Below, piece after piece: positions 6,294 to 8,182 of a stretch of 8,182 nucleotides of DNA. The first letter of the stretch is position 1. Each line of letters starts with the position of its first letter. The translations under genes were made by a program, and so were the position numbers. The notes beneath the pieces were generated by a model, which was not told where the DNA came from, made no database searches, and saw only the letters and a program-made list of their open reading frames with translations. The DNA is from an uncultured archaeon (GTDB lineage Archaea > Asgardarchaeota > Thorarchaeia > Thorarchaeales > Thorarchaeaceae), in contig CAYHAA010000039.1 in assembly GCA_964354495.1 (NCBI GenBank), positions 1 to 8,182 on the forward strand, written 5' to 3'.

Positions 6294-6489
6294 TGAAAGC
6301 TGCAGTTAGTTCGTCATAGATACTTGGTTGGTTCCAATCAACTCGTTCACAGATGAAACAATCATATCATAATCTAGATTGCACAAGGAAATACTGTTTC
6401 ATGTGGACTCTTCGAGGATCCTCTCTGTTTTTCAAAGATCAGTCCACAATCGGGCTACTGCAATACCTGAGGCATATGCCACACCGAGC

Positions 6490-6879
6490 CTACACGGGTG
6501 TGAAGGCCAAGTATGTTGTTCCAGACTTTCCTTTCTCGTAGCCCAGCTTCACATTCGTGCCAATCTTTACCTCTCCGGGCTTGAGTGGATCATATCCCAG
6601 AAGACGTGCGCTCACGCGAGTACCTTCTGCGAGCTCTACTATGGCCACATAAAATGGAACTTCGTCACGGAACTGATCTGGAGCGATATGAATTACAGTG
6701 AAAGACACTATCTTTCCCTTTCCGCTCACATCAGCCCAAGTCATCTTGCTACTGCCACAGATATAGCATGAGCCTGATGGGGGAGCAATGACTGCCCCGC
6801 ACTCAGTGCATTTGTAGGCTTTGAAATGACCCGCTTGGATATTCTTGAGATATGCGTCTATGGATGGTTTCTCACTCAT
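6490..6879 (-). CDS. DUF35 family Zn-ribbon/OB-fold protein (thiolase partner)
   Basis: CTEC...CYIC zinc ribbon, then SGKGKIVSFTVIH and PFYVAIVELAEGTRVSA (OB fold). The ATG overlaps the thiolase stop (ATGA, 6876-6879). SD GAGGAGGG on the minus strand at 6887-6894. Confidence 0.95.
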   Translation of the reverse strand: MSEKPSIDAYLKNIQAGHFKAYKCTECGAVIAPPSGSCYICGSSKMTWADVSGKGKIVSFTVIHIAPDQFRDEVPFYVAIVELAEGTRVSARLLGYDPLKPGEVKIGTNVKLGYEKGKSGTTYLAFTPV

Positions 6880-8048
6880 ACGTCAGCCCTCCTCATAATA
6901 TTCACAACACACGTTGCCCCCGTACCTCCGAAGTTATGCTGTAGGGCAGTTTCATGATTGGTGAGTTGGTTGGGTCCAGCATCACCAATGAGTTCGCGGT
7001 AGATGACAACAGCCTGTTTGACTCCAGTCGCTCCAACCGGGTGACCAACACCCTTCAGACCGCCCATGGGATTGATGGGCTTGTCGCCATCGAGAGCAGT
7101 CACTCCATCGCGAACAGCTCTCGCGCCTTCACCAGGTTTGAAGAATCCAATATCCTCGCTTGCTATGATCTCAGCGATTGTGAAACAGTCATGGACCACT
7201 GCAAAGTCCATATCCTTTGGCTTGAGCCCGGCCATCTTGTATGCTTGTCTGCTGGCTTCTACAGATGCGCTGAAGGTTGTAAGGTCTGAGCGGGCGCACA
7301 GGTTCATAGATGCAGAGGCTTGTCCTGTACCAATGATCTTGACAGGCAGGTCTGTGTACTTCTTTGCTTTCTCATTAGATGTGAGTACAAGTGCCGCAGC
7401 GCCATCAGATATTGGCGAGCAGTCATAGAGCTTGAGAGGCCAAGCTATGTATCTTGGTGTCATTGCCTTCTCAAGAGTGATCTCCTTCTGGAACTGCGCT
7501 AGGGGATTGGTTGAGGCGTTCTTGTGGGCTTTTACAGCTACGCGCGCCATGTCTTCTTCGGTTGTCCCATACTTGTGCATGTGTGCAACTGCAGCAATGG
7601 CAAAGATACCGGGGAAGGTCAGCCCAATACTTGATTCAAATTGATCATCAGCCGCTGCAGCAAGCGCCTCCGTGGCCTTGTTGGTTGATACTGAGGTCAT
7701 CTTCTCGGCGCCAACGACAAGAACCGTGTCATAGAGTTTCGACTCGATTGCCATGATCCCAGCCCGAAGTGCTGTTGCACCTGATGCACAGGCAGCCTCA
7801 TGACGCGTTGCAGGCAGTCCTCTGAGACCAGCATAGTCGACAAGAAGTGGTGCTGTATGCCCCTGATGAATAAGCATCTCTGGGATGAAGGTCCCGATAA
7901 ATGCTGCTTGAATATCCTTCTTGGGAATACCAGCATTCACCGTTACTTTGTCCACCGCCTCAGAGAACATCTCTCTGAGTGTCACGCCTTCAAGTGCTCC
8001 AAACTTCGTATGAGCAGCACTAACAATATTCGTGTTTTTTAGGGGCAA
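6876..8048 (-). CDS. Thiolase (acetyl-CoA acyltransferase, SCP2/archaeal type), 390 aa
   Basis: HEAACASG (nucleophile Cys), LYDCSPISDGAAA, VHDCF, GGLKGVGHPVGATG, HNFGG. The true start is most likely TTG at 8048 (MPLKNTNIVSAAHTKFG) with SD GAGGTG upstream. The 35 extra codons of the 8153 ORF do not look like thiolase sequence. Confidence 0.95.
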   Translation of the reverse strand: MPLKNTNIVSAAHTKFGALEGVTLREMFSEAVDKVTVNAGIPKKDIQAAFIGTFIPEMLIHQGHTAPLLVDYAGLRGLPATRHEAACASGATALRAGIMAIESKLYDTVLVVGAEKMTSVSTNKATEALAAAADDQFESSIGLTFPGIFAIAAVAHMHKYGTTEEDMARVAVKAHKNASTNPLAQFQKEITLEKAMTPRYIAWPLKLYDCSPISDGAAALVLTSNEKAKKYTDLPVKIIGTGQASASMNLCARSDLTTFSASVEASRQAYKMAGLKPKDMDFAVVHDCFTIAEIIASEDIGFFKPGEGARAVRDGVTALDGDKPINPMGGLKGVGHPVGATGVKQAVVIYRELIGDAGPNQLTNHETALQHNFGGTGATCVVNIMRRADV

Positions 8049-8095
8049 GTGATGATTCCACCTCTGCAAAGATGAGTCGGACCACAAAGTACAGC

Positions 8096-8103
8096 TATAA
8101 AAA
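8096..8103 (-). promoter_or_regulatory. Candidate archaeal TATA box (TTTTTATA) for the thiolase-DUF35 operon
   Basis: Minus-strand TTTTTATA lies 48 nt upstream of TTG 8048, leaving room for a short leader carrying the SD. No clear purine-rich BRE. It could instead serve a divergent gene outside the window. Confidence 0.4.
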
Positions 8104-8182
8104 CTGTGAGAAACACTGCATTTTCCCAAGTACCACGCAAGTAGCAGCAGCATACTACTCTCCGAAGAGATAATAAGCCGTT

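Noticed and set aside
5213-6360. ATGAAACA direct repeat flanking the dehalogenase (5213-5220 and 6353-6360), considered as a target-site duplication
   Set aside because: An 8-mer shared between spacers of about 176 and 196 bp has an expectation of roughly 0.5 under uniform composition, and there are no terminal inverted repeats or transposase.
6379-6771. Plus-strand ORFs 6379-6771 and 6353-6541 extending from the spacer into DUF35
   Set aside because: They overlap the well-supported DUF35 gene on the opposite strand, lack an SD, and have no protein-like motifs.
6954-8042. Several plus-strand ORFs within the thiolase
   Set aside because: Antisense shadows of a well-supported conserved gene.
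8049-8153. 35-codon N-terminal extension of the thiolase in the ORF track (MLLLLAWYLGK..., superficially like a signal peptide)
   Set aside because: Thiolase similarity starts at TTG 8048, which has an SD, and the extension contains the candidate TATA box. It is most likely an ORF-calling artefact.

Overview
Gene-dense archaeal window with no rRNA, tRNA, CRISPR array or mobile element that I can support. The longin-type first gene and archaeal-type thiolase suggest an Asgard archaeon (Thorarchaeia-like; inference). Nine CDSs, in order: a 5'-truncated longin + winged-helix protein with an acidic tail; a small hypothetical; a LarA (nickel-pincer racemase) homologue; two tandem 248-aa DedA/VTT membrane paralogues; a protein with an NPP1/Vps62-like HEGDYE motif; a haloalkane dehalogenase homologue; and a coupled thiolase + DUF35 pair. 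Main observations: (1) the LarA homologue is full length but every recognised cofactor-binding or catalytic residue is replaced; (2) the dehalogenase has Asn at the nucleophile Asp position; (3) the DedA pair looks like an asymmetric heterodimer; (4) the Vps62/NPP1-like protein has no signal peptide. All family assignments come from motif recognition by eye, not from database searches.
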